64,000 nt of DNA. It comes from an uncultured delta proteobacterium. Lineage in GTDB: Bacteria > Myxococcota_A > Polyangia > Polyangiales > Polyangiaceae. A program made the translations under genes and the position numbers. Below, in pieces: positions 10,945 through 23,844 of this stretch. The DNA is taken from positions 832,001-896,000 of the forward strand of contig CAWJCS010000005.1 in the NCBI GenBank assembly GCA_963841435.1. Direction: 5' to 3'. The notes under the pieces were generated by a model. It saw only the letters and a list, made by a program, of their open reading frames with translations, was not told the origin of the DNA and did no database searches. Positions within the stretch are counted from its first letter, which is position 1. Every line of letters starts with the position of its first letter.

Positions 10945-11925
10945 GCGGGGCCGACACCGGCCCTCTCGCCGATGAGCCGGTCGCCGAGGTGCGCGGCATT
11001 AACGTGCACGCCAAGCAGGCCGTCGACGGCCGCGATCGCCGACAGCTCGAGCGGCTGTGCCGTTACATCACGCGGCCTCCGGTCTCTCAGGAGCGCCTCG
11101 AGCGGCTCGCCGACGGCCGGCTCGAGCTCCGCCTCAAGCACGCTTGGAAGGACGGCACGCGTGCTCTCGTCCTCGAGCCGAAGTGGACAGAGTCCAGCTC
11201 GCTGGACGGAGTCCACGGAGGACCACGGTCCCGAGCAACGCGAGGGAGCGCGCGAAGCGCGCAGTGAGCCCGACGACCTGATGGTCCGGCTCGTCGCCGC
11301 GGTGCCTCCGCCGTATTTTCATCTGCTTCGCTATTTGGGCGTCCTCTCGAGCCACTCGCGCTTGCGCAAAGAGGTCGTCCCGCGCCCGCTGCCCGATCCG
11401 AGCGCTACCGCGCCGCCGCCTGCTCCCGGTGATCAGCTCAGGCTCGAGTTCGAGCTGGAGAGCGAAGAACCCCCGACCGGGCGCAAGCGCTGGGCTTGGC
11501 TGCTCAGGCACGTCTTTGCGGCCGACTTGGATACTTGCCCCCGCTGCTCGGGACCGATGCGCTGGTTGCAGGCCGCGACCACCCCGGAAGATGCACGCCA
11601 CCTGCTCGCGCGGCTCGGGCTCGCTGCTCGGGCTCGCGCCTCGCCCACCGCCGACTCCGCCCCCGCCTCCGCTCGGGCAGCTCGAGCTGCCACTCGCTCG
11701 GTGAGCCTCGAGCTGCCACTCGCTCGGTGAGCCCATGGGCACACTGAAAAGGCGACCGTGCGCCTTGCCGCCAGCCGCAGCGTCGGATCGGCGGGGTTCA
11801 TCACCGATCGGCGCGACCTCGTGGCTCCCGCACCCCTCCGGTTGAGCACCTCCCATCACCGCCCGCCCTCCAGGGCGTTCGGTCACCCAACCCCGCCCGC
11901 CATTTCTCAGTTCGATTTCCCTCGG
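10945..11925 (+). mobile_element. IS91-family (HUH/Y2) transposase 3' half with oriIS-like end (type B)
   Basis: 'GINVHAKQAVDGRDRRQLERLCRYITRPPVSQERL', 'HLLRYLGVLS', 'WAWLLRHVFAADLDTCPRCSGPMR'; terminus TTTCTCAGTTCGATTTCCCTCGG; 26-bp tandem duplication at 11681-11732. Confidence 0.85.
11180..11265. repeat. 86-bp highly structured insertion inside the IS91 transposase, flanked by GAGCC direct repeats
   Basis: Absent from the homologous 'VLEPDDL' segment at 45578-45603; contains GTGGAC..GTCCAGC-TC-GCTGGAC..GTCCAC and GCGCGCGAAGCGCGC hairpins. Confidence 0.7.
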
Positions 11926-11946
11926 CGCCGACCGTCGCACAGGCCG

Positions 11947-12819
11947 TCAATCGCAGTAGTGCCGTTCCTCTCGGGGTCCTGCGTAGGTAGTTGTCGGTAC
12001 GGGGGTGCAGCCCGCGCAGCTGGTCGAGTCGCACATGCCGCCGTAGAGGCAGCGCGCTTGCGAAGGGTCGTAGATGGGGGCGCCGGCGTGTCCCGCAACG
12101 GCGAGCTCGGATTCACAGCGCCCGCCGCAATCGGCCGTGCACTCGCTGTCGAACCGGCAGGCCGTGGAGCAGACCGGCAGGCCGCGCAAGTCTCGAATAC
12201 AACGCTCCCCGTCGGGGCAGTCTGCGTCGCCGGAGCAGAGATCGTTGGCGCACACGTTCTGGTCGGTGTGTGGGCTGATTTCACCGGCCAGGGGCGTCAA
12301 CCGCACGTGCACGCACAGCACGTTGCCTGCGCCCCCTTCGCCGGCCCCGCCACAGGTCAGGTCACCGCAGCCGCAGTAGTTGACGTCTTGCGCACAGGTC
12401 GTCGCCTCCTCGGGCAGGCCGCTGGGGCAGCGCGTCGAGTCACACCCGTCAGGCCCTGGTGGCATGCAAGCCTCACCGGCCATGCCCGCACCAGCCGTCG
12501 CTCCGCCCGCATCCCCCGCATTGCCCGAGCCTCCGCTGGCTCCGCCGAGACCTGCGCCGGCCGCTTCCGAGCCGCCCAGACCCGAGCTCGATGCCCCCGT
12601 GCTTGCGCCGCCTGTGCTCATCGGGTCGGAGCCACCTTTGCCCGAGCTAGCGGACGCCCTGGCGCCCCCAACGCCTCCCTTGCCGGAAGCTCCGGCCCCG
12701 ACCTCCGCGAGAGGCGAATCCCTCGAGCAGGCGGTCGCGAAGAGCGCCGACGCGAGGAGCGCGCGTCCGGCGAGCGATCGCCAGTGCCCGGCGAGCGAAT
12801 GAATCCGCGCCACCACCAC
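11947..12819 (-). CDS. Gly-rich/Cys-rich lipoprotein
   Basis: 'LLASALFATACSRD' lipobox, Gly/Ala linker, many paired Cys; start uncertain. Confidence 0.65.
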   Translation of the reverse strand: MVVARIHSLAGHWRSLAGRALLASALFATACSRDSPLAEVGAGASGKGGVGGARASASSGKGGSDPMSTGGASTGASSSGLGGSEAAGAGLGGASGGSGNAGDAGGATAGAGMAGEACMPPGPDGCDSTRCPSGLPEEATTCAQDVNYCGCGDLTCGGAGEGGAGNVLCVHVRLTPLAGEISPHTDQNVCANDLCSGDADCPDGERCIRDLRGLPVCSTACRFDSECTADCGGRCESELAVAGHAGAPIYDPSQARCLYGGMCDSTSCAGCTPVPTTTYAGPREERHYCD

Positions 12820-13377
12820 GCAGGCTAGCGCACCCCGGAAGGGGCGGCCACGCGGTTCGACGGCCTTCGTTGCTCCGATATCGGCAACGAAGGCTGGAGG
12901 TCCGATCCGGCTCGCGGCAAATTCCCAGTTCGATTTCGATGCGCACGGAGACTTCTTCCCGCGCTCGTCGCCCCTGCGGCGAGCGCCGTGATGATAAAGA
13001 CTCGAAGCGGGTGTTGACGAGGGCTTCGAGCTGGGCGTAAACGTCCTGGTGGCGCGCCGGAACGGCGTCGCAAGCGTGGAGGTCGTCTTGCCAGGATTGG
13101 TGCCAGGATCGCGCCCCTGCCTGGTGCCAGGGCAGCCGGGACTGCGTGGGCTCTGCCCGGCCCCATGCCGACGCCCGGAGAGCTCCCTGCTCACGGTCGG
13201 CTGCGCGGGTGGCGCGACCTCGCCGCCGTCAAGTAGGCTCGGCGGGACGCTCAGGTACTATCATCGCGAGGCAGGGTGATTGCCCGGCGATCCGCTCTTG
13301 GCACACTACGAGAGCGGCGGAGCGCAGGAGCTTTGGCCGAGTCGCGTTTCAGTCCCCTCGAGTCAGGCAGGTCACCG

Positions 13378-15343
13378 TCAGAACCCACCGTGATGCGGAG
13401 CGATGTTGCGGCTGCTGTAGCTATTGCCCGCGGCGTCCGTTCCAACAAGGTAGTCGCCGACCCTTCGGTGAAAAGGCAAGCGAATGATCTCCTGCCTCCC
13501 CGTTGACGCGATGTCGAAATGAAGCCCGCACAGTACCGTAACGTCGGCGTTCGTGATGATGTGCCAGGACCCCTCGATGTGTTCGCTGGAAGTCGCGGTA
13601 CCGGCGGTGTTCGACGTGCCTCGCTGTCCCTCGAACGGACTGAATTTCGCGGGCATGAGTTACCAACCGCAGCCATCTGCGCAAGCCGTTGGGCGATACT
13701 ACGGTCACTTCCCAGGTCCCGTGCCACTCGACGGTCGAGGTGGGTACGCCGACGCCGGGCGGAACCTGCACGGCCTCGAACCGAGGTAGCTCTGAGACCG
13801 CCCCGGCGGTCATGCGGCCACGCTCCTCCTTCGCCTGCGGGCCGCCGGAGGTCAGAGAGCGCGTTAGCTCGTCCAGCAGAACCTCGGTCTCCTGCTCATG
13901 GGCGGCTTCGCGCCGCATGATTTGAACCAGGTTGACCTCTAAGCGTCCGAGATCAGCGTCCCACTGCTCTATCCGCAGTGGCCAAGCGTGAATGCTTGCC
14001 AGGGCGTCGAGCGGTCGCGGCAGATCCGCTGCGCGAAGCATGGACGCGCCCTCAACGAGGATCGGCACAATCGGAACGTGTCGGGACTGGGCTCGGGCCA
14101 GCTCGCGACGCACGAAGTCGTTGACTTCGTGCAGCCTGCGCAGCCCTTCGGGACTGCCGAAGCTCGGATCGATCATCCAAAGGAACAAGTGCGCGCCATC
14201 GATCTCCTCACGCAGGCGATCGGTGAACCGCTCTCCGGCCACCATCGCTGTCTGGTCCCGGAAAACGTGCGTCCTGGGGAAGTGCACCAGCAACGAACCC
14301 TCCAGTCGCTCCGCCGACTTGCTGGCCCCGGCGCGCCTGTACGAGAGAAAGATCCGCTTGCCGTCCAGCGTATTGCTCGCTTCCGCAAGCTCCTGCGGGG
14401 GCGGGAGCCATTCGCGCGCAACGGGGTCCACGTCCTTGATCCAATGCTCGCCGGACAGCGCGCCCGGCGACACGTTGACGTTCGCCCCCACGCTCGATAA
14501 CGCTACGGTCGCGATCCTCAACAGGGGCAGGAATGCGCCGAGAGCAGCGACGCTGTTGGGATTCATGTCCGGTTGAGCATACCGCTCGTAGTGCCGATGG
14601 ACTTCCAGGGCGCTCGGATGTAAGCCCGCTTTACACAACTCGGTCACCAAGTGACTGGCGTAAGTCGGTTCTCCTGGATCCAAGAACACGGCATACAGAA
14701 ACTCGCACAGCCCCTGGCGAGGGTTCCCCTGGGCGACGTGGATCGCTCCGAGGACGTCGCGGAAATACGCGTCCTTCGGGTTCATGGATTTCAGGTGCAT
14801 GAACCCTTGCAACGCTTCGGGCAGATTGCCGGCCGCATACGAACGGTAGTGGACCTCCGCCCGTTGGTACGCCTCTTCGAGGGTGAGCTCTTCCACAACA
14901 GCGCGCGTCTCGCCGTCCACCAAGAGTGCAGCGGTCTCCGCTTCGAGAGCGCTGAAGAAATCCCCTAGCAGCTTGGCACCAAGGTTCTGGAGCTGGAGCA
15001 CGTTCTTCACGACCGCGGGCCGCTCGTGCTGTAAGATGACGCGCTCGTCCGTGATCACACCGTTCGCGAGCACTGGCGGCAGATCTTCACGAAACGACGC
15101 GCTGATGCTCTCCAGTAGTGCGTAGTCCAGAGCACTAGCAAAGGTGCCACGGCTCGCGTCGGAGACCGAAACGATGGTTCGCACCAGCTCGAGGGTCAGG
15201 CCCACGTCTCGGGCCGCGGCCGTCTCGGCATATGACGCAAGGTACTGCTCGCACGCACGCCACGCGTTCATGGGGTCCCGCAGGAAGGCGCCCGACCGTT
15301 CGAGCAAGATGGCCGGATCGACCGGCGGAGCTTCGTTCATCAT
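13378..15343 (-). CDS. TPR-TIR protein (probable frameshift near 13650)
   Basis: TPR-like 'YAAGNLPEALQGF..NPKDAYFRDVLGAIHVAQGNPRQG'; TIR 'IFLSYRRAG..VFRDQTAMVAGERFTDRLREEI..NDFVRRELARA..PIVPILV'; plausible C-terminus in ORF 13378-13656. Confidence 0.75.
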
Positions 15344-15560
15344 GGCCGATGTCCGATCCCCCTTTTGAGCTAGTACTTTTGGGGGCTCCTTGTACACCCG
15401 AATCAGGATCAGGGCGGCCGCCCTCGCGGTGCCACTCGGGAGCCGCCGAGGACCAGCAGTAGTCTCCAACCTGGTCGCCTCAGGTCCGACCAACTTGTAC
15501 TTCGAGCGACCTTCGGAAGCCAGCGGCCCGAGGAGCGCTCGGTGCTATGAACTCGTGGTG

Positions 15561-16184
15561 ATGCAGGGTTCAGCGATTGCTCAACCTACACTGACCGGAC
15601 ACGAAGTTGTACTACGACCTCTTGTTGCGCAGGATGTCGAGGCGCTCACGGTTGCTGCGGCAGAGGACCGGAAGAACTACCGCTTCAATCCGGTTCCCAA
15701 TGGTCGCGTCGAAGCGGAAGCCTACATCGCGAAAGCCTTGCGCCAACAATCGGAGGGCGAGCGCATGCCTTTTGCGATTCTGTGGAAGGAACGGGTCGTC
15801 GGCACCACCAGCTACTCCGAGATTCGCCCCTGGCAGTGGTCCGAGGGCTCCGCATTGCAGCGCCACGGACGTCCGGATGTCGTCGAGATCGGCTACACCT
15901 GGCTCGCCGCCAGCGCGCAACGCACTCGCTGCAATACCGAAACGAAGTACCTGCTCCTGCGCCATGCCTTCGAAGGCTGGGACGTGCACCGCGTGGCGTT
16001 CAGAACCGACGTGCGCAACGAGATGTCGCGCGCGGCCATCGAGCGCCTGGGAGCGAAGCTCGAAGGGATCCGCCGGGCCGACAAGCCCGGGTGCGACGGC
16101 AAGGTTCGAGACTCGATCTTCTTCTCGATCGTCAGGCACGAATGGCCCGCGGTCGGAGCGGCGCTCGAACGTCGCCTGGCATAG
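15561..16184 (+). CDS. GNAT N-acetyltransferase (RimJ/RimL-like)
   Basis: 'VEIGYTWLAASAQRTRCNTETKYLLLRHAFE..RVAFRTDVRNEMSRAAIERLGAKLEG'. Confidence 0.9.
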   Translation: MQGSAIAQPTLTGHEVVLRPLVAQDVEALTVAAAEDRKNYRFNPVPNGRVEAEAYIAKALRQQSEGERMPFAILWKERVVGTTSYSEIRPWQWSEGSALQRHGRPDVVEIGYTWLAASAQRTRCNTETKYLLLRHAFEGWDVHRVAFRTDVRNEMSRAAIERLGAKLEGIRRADKPGCDGKVRDSIFFSIVRHEWPAVGAALERRLA

Positions 16185-16362
16185 CGTCGCCCCCGCGCGC
16201 GTGCCGTCGCGCTCCGCCGCTTGGATCTCGATACGGCAGCCCTGCTCAACCCCTCGTGCGTATGTGAAGACGTTCGATGAAGTTCGTGTCGCCGCAAACC
16301 CTCGGGTTCCAGACGATCGCTGCGCGCACGGCCTCCTCGAGTCGCATGAGTCGTAGGGACCG

Positions 16363-16581
16363 CTATCGCGCAACCTCGTACCAACTGAACAGAACAGTGG
16401 CGAGCACGACGAGAGCAACGGCTGTGACGACCCCGCGGTACAGGCGCCCCATCTGCTCCTGCCGGGCAACTGCTCGCTCCTGAAGCGCGAGGCTGCGCTC
16501 ACTGACGCGCTTGTACTCGGCAAGGTGCTCGCGCTGCAGATCGCGGATCTGCTCGAGTAGAGCGCGGGCTTCCTCTTCCAT
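16363..16581 (-). CDS. Small coiled-coil membrane protein
   Basis: MEEEARALLEQIRDLQREHLAEY followed by a C-terminal TM helix. Confidence 0.6.
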   Translation of the reverse strand: MEEEARALLEQIRDLQREHLAEYKRVSERSLALQERAVARQEQMGRLYRGVVTAVALVVLATVLFSWYEVAR

Positions 16582-16685
16582 TGGTTTACCTGTGCAGCGT
16601 ATCACGGGTTGCGAATAGCTCGCAGCACGGCCCCGCGCCGGGACTCGATACGGATATTGGCCGCGCGCTCGTCACCGCCGGGTCC

Positions 16686-16760
16686 GCCCAACGTATCACG
16701 GCCTCAGCGGCGGGCGCCGAGCGAAGCGAGGTGCTCGTCCGGTGCAAGCCGAAGTTGGGC
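16686..16760 (+). repeat. Solitary integron attC-like site
   Basis: GCCCAAC (RYYYAAC) ... GTTGGGC (GTTRRRY) with imperfect inner palindrome CGGCCTCAGCGG / CCGGTGCAAGCCG around a GAGCGAAGCGAG loop. Confidence 0.6.
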
Positions 16761-16812
16761 GGCGTCTCGCCGTGCGCGTTGCGAGCGTCAGTATGCGGCC
16801 CGGGCGAGCGAT

Positions 16813-17367
16813 TCAATCCGGCGAGAACTCCTTCTTGACGACGGTGCCCGAGCTGTAGCAGACGGTGCCCCAATCGGCGTTCCAGAGACCGATGGTGGAG
16901 TGTCGGTAGACCTCGCATTGCTGTGGAGCGAGCTGCGACGCGGCAGGGGCGTTGGGGTAGGTGCTGAGCCCTGCGTTGATGGTAGTCACGTTGCGGAAGT
17001 TCGCGATGCCTGTCCCTTGGATGTACCCTCGCATGATCGCGCCAACTTCTTGTCGGGACATCCCGATGCGCACTTGTTCGAAGCTACGCAGAAAACGATC
17101 GCGCGAGTTCCACGGAGATCCGAGGCCGATCAGCATGAGCCCGACCAAAGTGATGGCGCCAAGGACGGCAACTCTAGTCGGCAATGTCGCCAGTTGGCCG
17201 AGACTGACGAGCAGCGCGAGTATGCTGAACGCGAACGCGAGGTAGTACCAGCGCACGATCAGAGCCCCAGCCGCCGTCAATAGAAGTCGAAGTACAATCG
17301 CAAAAGCAGCGATGGCGACGAATCGGAAGGCGATCCGCACCGATGTTTCAGTCGCAGATGCTGGCAA
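16813..17367 (-). CDS. Membrane protein with soluble C-terminal domain
   Basis: Three hydrophobic segments, then 'FEQVRIGMSRQEVGAIM'. Confidence 0.6.
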   Translation of the reverse strand: MPASATETSVRIAFRFVAIAAFAIVLRLLLTAAGALIVRWYYLAFAFSILALLVSLGQLATLPTRVAVLGAITLVGLMLIGLGSPWNSRDRFLRSFEQVRIGMSRQEVGAIMRGYIQGTGIANFRNVTTINAGLSTYPNAPAASQLAPQQCEVYRHSTIGLWNADWGTVCYSSGTVVKKEFSPD

Positions 17368-17395
17368 GGGAGCCCCGCCGCACTCGACGATGAAG

Positions 17396-17653
17396 CTCTC
17401 CGCCGCGTGTTCGCGGCGGCCCCATTGAAGCGAGGTTGGTCATCGGCTCGTCTCCGAGTCGCTACGCGCCTCTCCGCCGCGTGTTCGCGGCGGCCCCATT
17501 GAAGCGGCGCTCGGGTCGCGGAACGCCTCGAGGAAGAGGGCGCTCTCCGCCGCGTGTTCGCGGCGGCCCCATTGAAGCCCAGGACGTGGCGCGCGTAGTG
17601 GGAGCCAAGAAATCCGGCTCTCCGCCGCGTGTTCGCGGCGGCCCCATTGAAGC
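17396..17653 (+). CRISPR. Orphan CRISPR mini-array: 4 identical 36-bp repeats, 3 spacers (38, 37, 39 bp); type I-G (I-U)-like repeat
   Basis: Repeat CTCTCCGCCGCGTGTTCGCGGCGGCCCCATTGAAGC at 17396, 17470, 17543 and 17618; internal hairpin CCGCCGCG/CGCGGCGG; ATTGAAGC 3' end. No cas genes in the window. Confidence 0.92.
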
Positions 17654-17674
17654 GCGGGAACTCGGACACGTGCG

Positions 17675-18251
17675 TGACCGCGATCGACGCGTGCTCCAGG
17701 AGCTCACCAGCCTCCGCTTCGTCGAAGCTCAGCGCAACGTTGTCGTGCTCGGCCCAGTCGGCGTCGGCAAGACCTTCCTCGCCAACGCACTCGGACTCGT
17801 CGCCTGTCGCTCTGCCTTCAACGTGCTCATGCACCGTGTCGACGCGCTGCTGCGCCTGTTGAAACAGAGTCGCCTTGACAACTCTCGTGATGCGCTCATG
17901 ACCGAGCTCTGCACCATCGACTTGCTGATCATCGACGACTTCGCCCTCGAGCCGATGACCCGAGACGAGAGCCGCGACATCTACCAGCTCTTCGTCGAGC
18001 GCACTGGACGCGCGGCAACGATCATCACTAGCAATCGCGACACCGCCGACTGGCTCGCTGTCTTCGACGACGCGCTGCTCGGCCAGGGCGCCGTCGACCG
18101 CTTCAAGAACAACGCCTACGACTTCGTCATCGACGGCGAGTCGTATCGCCCACGCCTCAAGCCCAGCATCGACAAAGACGGGCCTCCGCCTGCGGCTCCG
18201 GTGACCAAGCCTACCCCTCTGCTCCGGCGCCGAAAGCGCCCCCGCGCCTGA
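17675..18251 (+). pseudogene. istB: IS21-family helper ATPase IstB, 5'-truncated
   Basis: Walker A 'GPVGVGKT', Walker B 'LLIIDDFAL', 'TIITSNR', 'AVDRF', 'IDGESYR'. Confidence 0.88.
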
Positions 18252-18304
18252 CACCTCTCGACGCGGCGCCCCGCGCGTGCGATCAAATCCTCGGTCGTTG
18301 AGTT

Positions 18305-18362
18305 CCCCCACCCGGCTCCATCATCCTGACCATTGGTGGCTCCATGAGGGTGGCGAGTGGCA
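18305..18362 (+). mobile_element. IS21-family right end
   Basis: Repeated GGCTCCAT(C/G)A units ending ...GGCGAGTGGCA, downstream of istB. Confidence 0.65.
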
Positions 18363-18605
18363 TTCCGCGCTGGCGCAGCGTCGCATCCGCCTCGCGCCGC
18401 CCCAAGCCTCGTGCCGTCCCTCACCACCATGCTTGCAGTTCGTTTCGCCTTGGCGCTCCCCCAGTTGGGCGCCAGGAGTCCCTAGAAGACGACTGCAAAC
18501 GGCGCGCCTGGTTTTCCGCGTAAGCAGAACAGCCCGGCGAGCGGTTTCGTCGGATCGCATCGCCGCTGCTCCTCGCATCGAGGCCCGGGTCGTCCACCTG
18601 TAGGG

Positions 18606-21316
<2,711 letters not shown>

Positions 21317-21329
21317 TCAGTCCGGTCGG

Positions 21330-22604
21330 CTATGGAAGAGGATGTCGCTGGAAGAATTCCCACATCATCGGACTTGCCTTGAAGTCAGTGACACCGTAGG
21401 TGGGCCCGCCCCCGGGGCCGCAATTCGTGTCCTCCGGCCAGCAGTGGCCCATTCCGGTGACCGTACAGAACTCCACTTCGACGCCTTCGTCGCAGTCCTG
21501 GTACGTGACGCACCTGGTCGAGCCCTGGTTGTACGTCTCCATGGGCGTCGTATTGCAACCGTCGCGGCCTGCCCAGCCCGTGACGTTGGGTTGAGCGCTC
21601 GAATAGGACACGGTCTGATCCGCGGTGCCGTGCACGTAGAAGACGGATATCGGGCGCGATGGCGAACAGCGTCCTACCCCGCCGGCAACGCCGCCCACGG
21701 CCGCGAAGATGTCGGCCGCCTGGCACCCCATGTACTGGGCCATGATGGATCCGTTCGAGATACCCGTGGCATACACACGCTTCGGGTCGATGCACGCGTG
21801 ACTCTCGACATCGCTGACGACCGCTTTGAGAAATCCGAGATCATCGTCAGCAGCGGTGCAACCGGGGAGGATACCTCCCGCGTTCCAACAATCCACACCA
21901 GCTGGGTAAGCAACAATGAACCCGTTGTCGTCCGCTACCGGATTCATTTGCGACCAGCTTCGAGCCATGGCGGGGGTGTTGTGAGCGCCGTGGATCGTGA
22001 GCAGAAGAGGCACGGGCGTGGTTCCCGCATAGCCGGGCGGAACATGCACCTCGTACACGCGCTCGATGCCGCCGTGCGAAAGCGTGATCCTCTGATCACC
22101 AGGGGGCCATCCGCCGCTCGGGCACGACATCGACGTTGCTCCGGAAGCGCCGGAGCTCCCGCCCGCGCCGGCCGACGTGCCGCCAGCTGCTGCTTGGCCG
22201 CCACTGCCCGAGTCGCCGGCGGCTGAGCCCGCGGTCGCTCCGCCAGCTGCTGCGGCGCCGCCAGCGGCAGAGCCTGCCGTCGCCTCGCCACCCGTGGCCT
22301 CGCCAGCCGTCGCGTTCCCCCCGGCGGAGCTCCCACCCGGCGAAGCGCCGCCAGCTTGCGCACCAGAAGTACCGGCTCCGGCGACCCTACCCGAGCCTGC
22401 CGTCCCACCACCGCTGCCCGCGCTCTGGCCGGCGCCAGCGCCCGAGGCTCCGCCCGGCGATTGGCCACCAGGCGATCCTGCGTTCGAGGTGCCATCGTCG
22501 CCGCCGACGGGTGAAGGAGTGGGCGCTTCATTCGAGCACGAAGCCGCCAGAACAAGGATGGCTCCTGGACCAAACAGACCTTTTCCGCCGCGCATCGTGA
22601 GCAT
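21330..22604 (-). CDS. Lipoprotein PHB-depolymerase-family esterase
   Basis: 'LAASC' lipobox, 'GFIVAYPAG', 'RVYATGISNGSIMA', 'HGTADQTV', 'GMGHCWP'. Confidence 0.88.
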   Translation of the reverse strand: MLTMRGGKGLFGPGAILVLAASCSNEAPTPSPVGGDDGTSNAGSPGGQSPGGASGAGAGQSAGSGGGTAGSGRVAGAGTSGAQAGGASPGGSSAGGNATAGEATGGEATAGSAAGGAAAAGGATAGSAAGDSGSGGQAAAGGTSAGAGGSSGASGATSMSCPSGGWPPGDQRITLSHGGIERVYEVHVPPGYAGTTPVPLLLTIHGAHNTPAMARSWSQMNPVADDNGFIVAYPAGVDCWNAGGILPGCTAADDDLGFLKAVVSDVESHACIDPKRVYATGISNGSIMAQYMGCQAADIFAAVGGVAGGVGRCSPSRPISVFYVHGTADQTVSYSSAQPNVTGWAGRDGCNTTPMETYNQGSTRCVTYQDCDEGVEVEFCTVTGMGHCWPEDTNCGPGGGPTYGVTDFKASPMMWEFFQRHPLP

Positions 22605-22614
22605 GTCGACTCCG

Positions 22615-23844
22615 CTAGAGCGAATCGAAATCCGTCGTCTTCACGACGCCCGAGAAGGCGGTGTCGGAACAGATCTGGCAGCCGTCGCCCACGAACAGGT
22701 CGTGACCCGCCTCGTCTCCCATGAAGCGCCAGCGCATCCAGCCGATGTAGGCTTCTTGAGCCTTGGCACTTCCGGCCACGCGGTTGTGATCGATGCCGGC
22801 GAGCGCCGCGCCGAACGCGGGCTGCGTCGACCCGTTGACGGCAGAGCTAATCGCCGTCCAATTGAATGTGGTGTCCATGTCGCCGCCGATCACGCCCCAG
22901 GGAGCCTTGAGGTTGTTGACGTTGCCATTGGACGCGAAGAAGAAGGTGGAGGTGATGCGCGGGTTGCTACCCACGCTGATGGCGCCCCCGCCCCCTCGCG
23001 AATACCCGGTGGAGCCGATCTTCGTCGTGTCGATCTTGCCGCAATCCTCACTCCCCGGATCGCTCGCTAGGCTCAGCACGTAGTCGATGGCCTGGTTCAT
23101 GTGCTCTGCCGTGACCTCGGTTTGCTCGGGGGCGACGACGACGAAGCCGTAGCTTGCGACGCGCGCCAAGAAGCTTTGCCAGATGTTGACGGTGTTGGTG
23201 TGCCCGTTGCCCCAGACGATGAGCGGATGCCGGACACCGCCCGCTCCGTACCTGTCGGCAGCAGGGCGGAAGATGGCGACGGTGTTCGCCATCCCATTTC
23301 CGTCGGTTCCCAGACTCCCGTCGCCCGTGCGGCGCGTCGCCACCGCCGGGCCGAAGCCGCCGTCTCTTTCCCCGTAGCTCGTCACGGCAGGGAACGCCGC
23401 GCTGACTCCCGTGCACGACCCACTCCCGTCCGCCCCGGCCGCTCCAGCGGAGTTCCCGTCGCCAGCGACTCCAGTAGCTCCCGACTCGGCACCGGCTCCG
23501 CCCGTGCCGGAGCTTCCGGAAGCTCCGCCAGTCACGCCTCCGGTGCCCGCCATGCCGGCGGTCGCGCCTCCGGCACCCAACATACCAGCGCTCGCACCTC
23601 CGGTGCCCGCCATGCCGGCGGTCGCGCCTCCTGTCCCCAACATCCCGCCGGCTCCCGCGGTGCTCGTTCCGCCGGAACCCGCCGTGGTGTCACTGCCGGC
23701 GTCTCCGGTAGCTCCCGTCCCGGAGGATCCTCCCGCGCCCGATCCTCCTGGCTCCAACGCGGTACCCGAATCACCCGAAGAGCAACCGGCTGCGGCGAAT
23801 ATCCCGGAAAATAGGCATGCTCGAAGCAGGCGCATGGGTCTCAT
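22615..23844 (-). CDS. Lipoprotein alpha/beta-hydrolase (chlorophyllase/polyesterase-like fold)
   Basis: 'AAAGC' lipobox, 'HPLIVWGNG', 'ASYGFVVVAP', 'IGSTGYSRGGGGA'. Confidence 0.8.
   Translation of the reverse strand: MRPMRLLRACLFSGIFAAAGCSSGDSGTALEPGGSGAGGSSGTGATGDAGSDTTAGSGGTSTAGAGGMLGTGGATAGMAGTGGASAGMLGAGGATAGMAGTGGVTGGASGSSGTGGAGAESGATGVAGDGNSAGAAGADGSGSCTGVSAAFPAVTSYGERDGGFGPAVATRRTGDGSLGTDGNGMANTVAIFRPAADRYGAGGVRHPLIVWGNGHTNTVNIWQSFLARVASYGFVVVAPEQTEVTAEHMNQAIDYVLSLASDPGSEDCGKIDTTKIGSTGYSRGGGGAISVGSNPRITSTFFFASNGNVNNLKAPWGVIGGDMDTTFNWTAISSAVNGSTQPAFGAALAGIDHNRVAGSAKAQEAYIGWMRWRFMGDEAGHDLFVGDGCQICSDTAFSGVVKTTDFDSL

Noticed and set aside
13089-13132. Three TGCCAGG repeats as a regulator site
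   Set aside because: Short, GC-rich and unevenly spaced; cannot be distinguished from chance.
17436-18251. 271-aa ORF read as a genuine CRISPR-repeat/IstB fusion protein
   Set aside because: The N-terminal part is only translated repeats and spacers; an open frame is easily obtained by chance at this GC content, and there is no convincing RBS.
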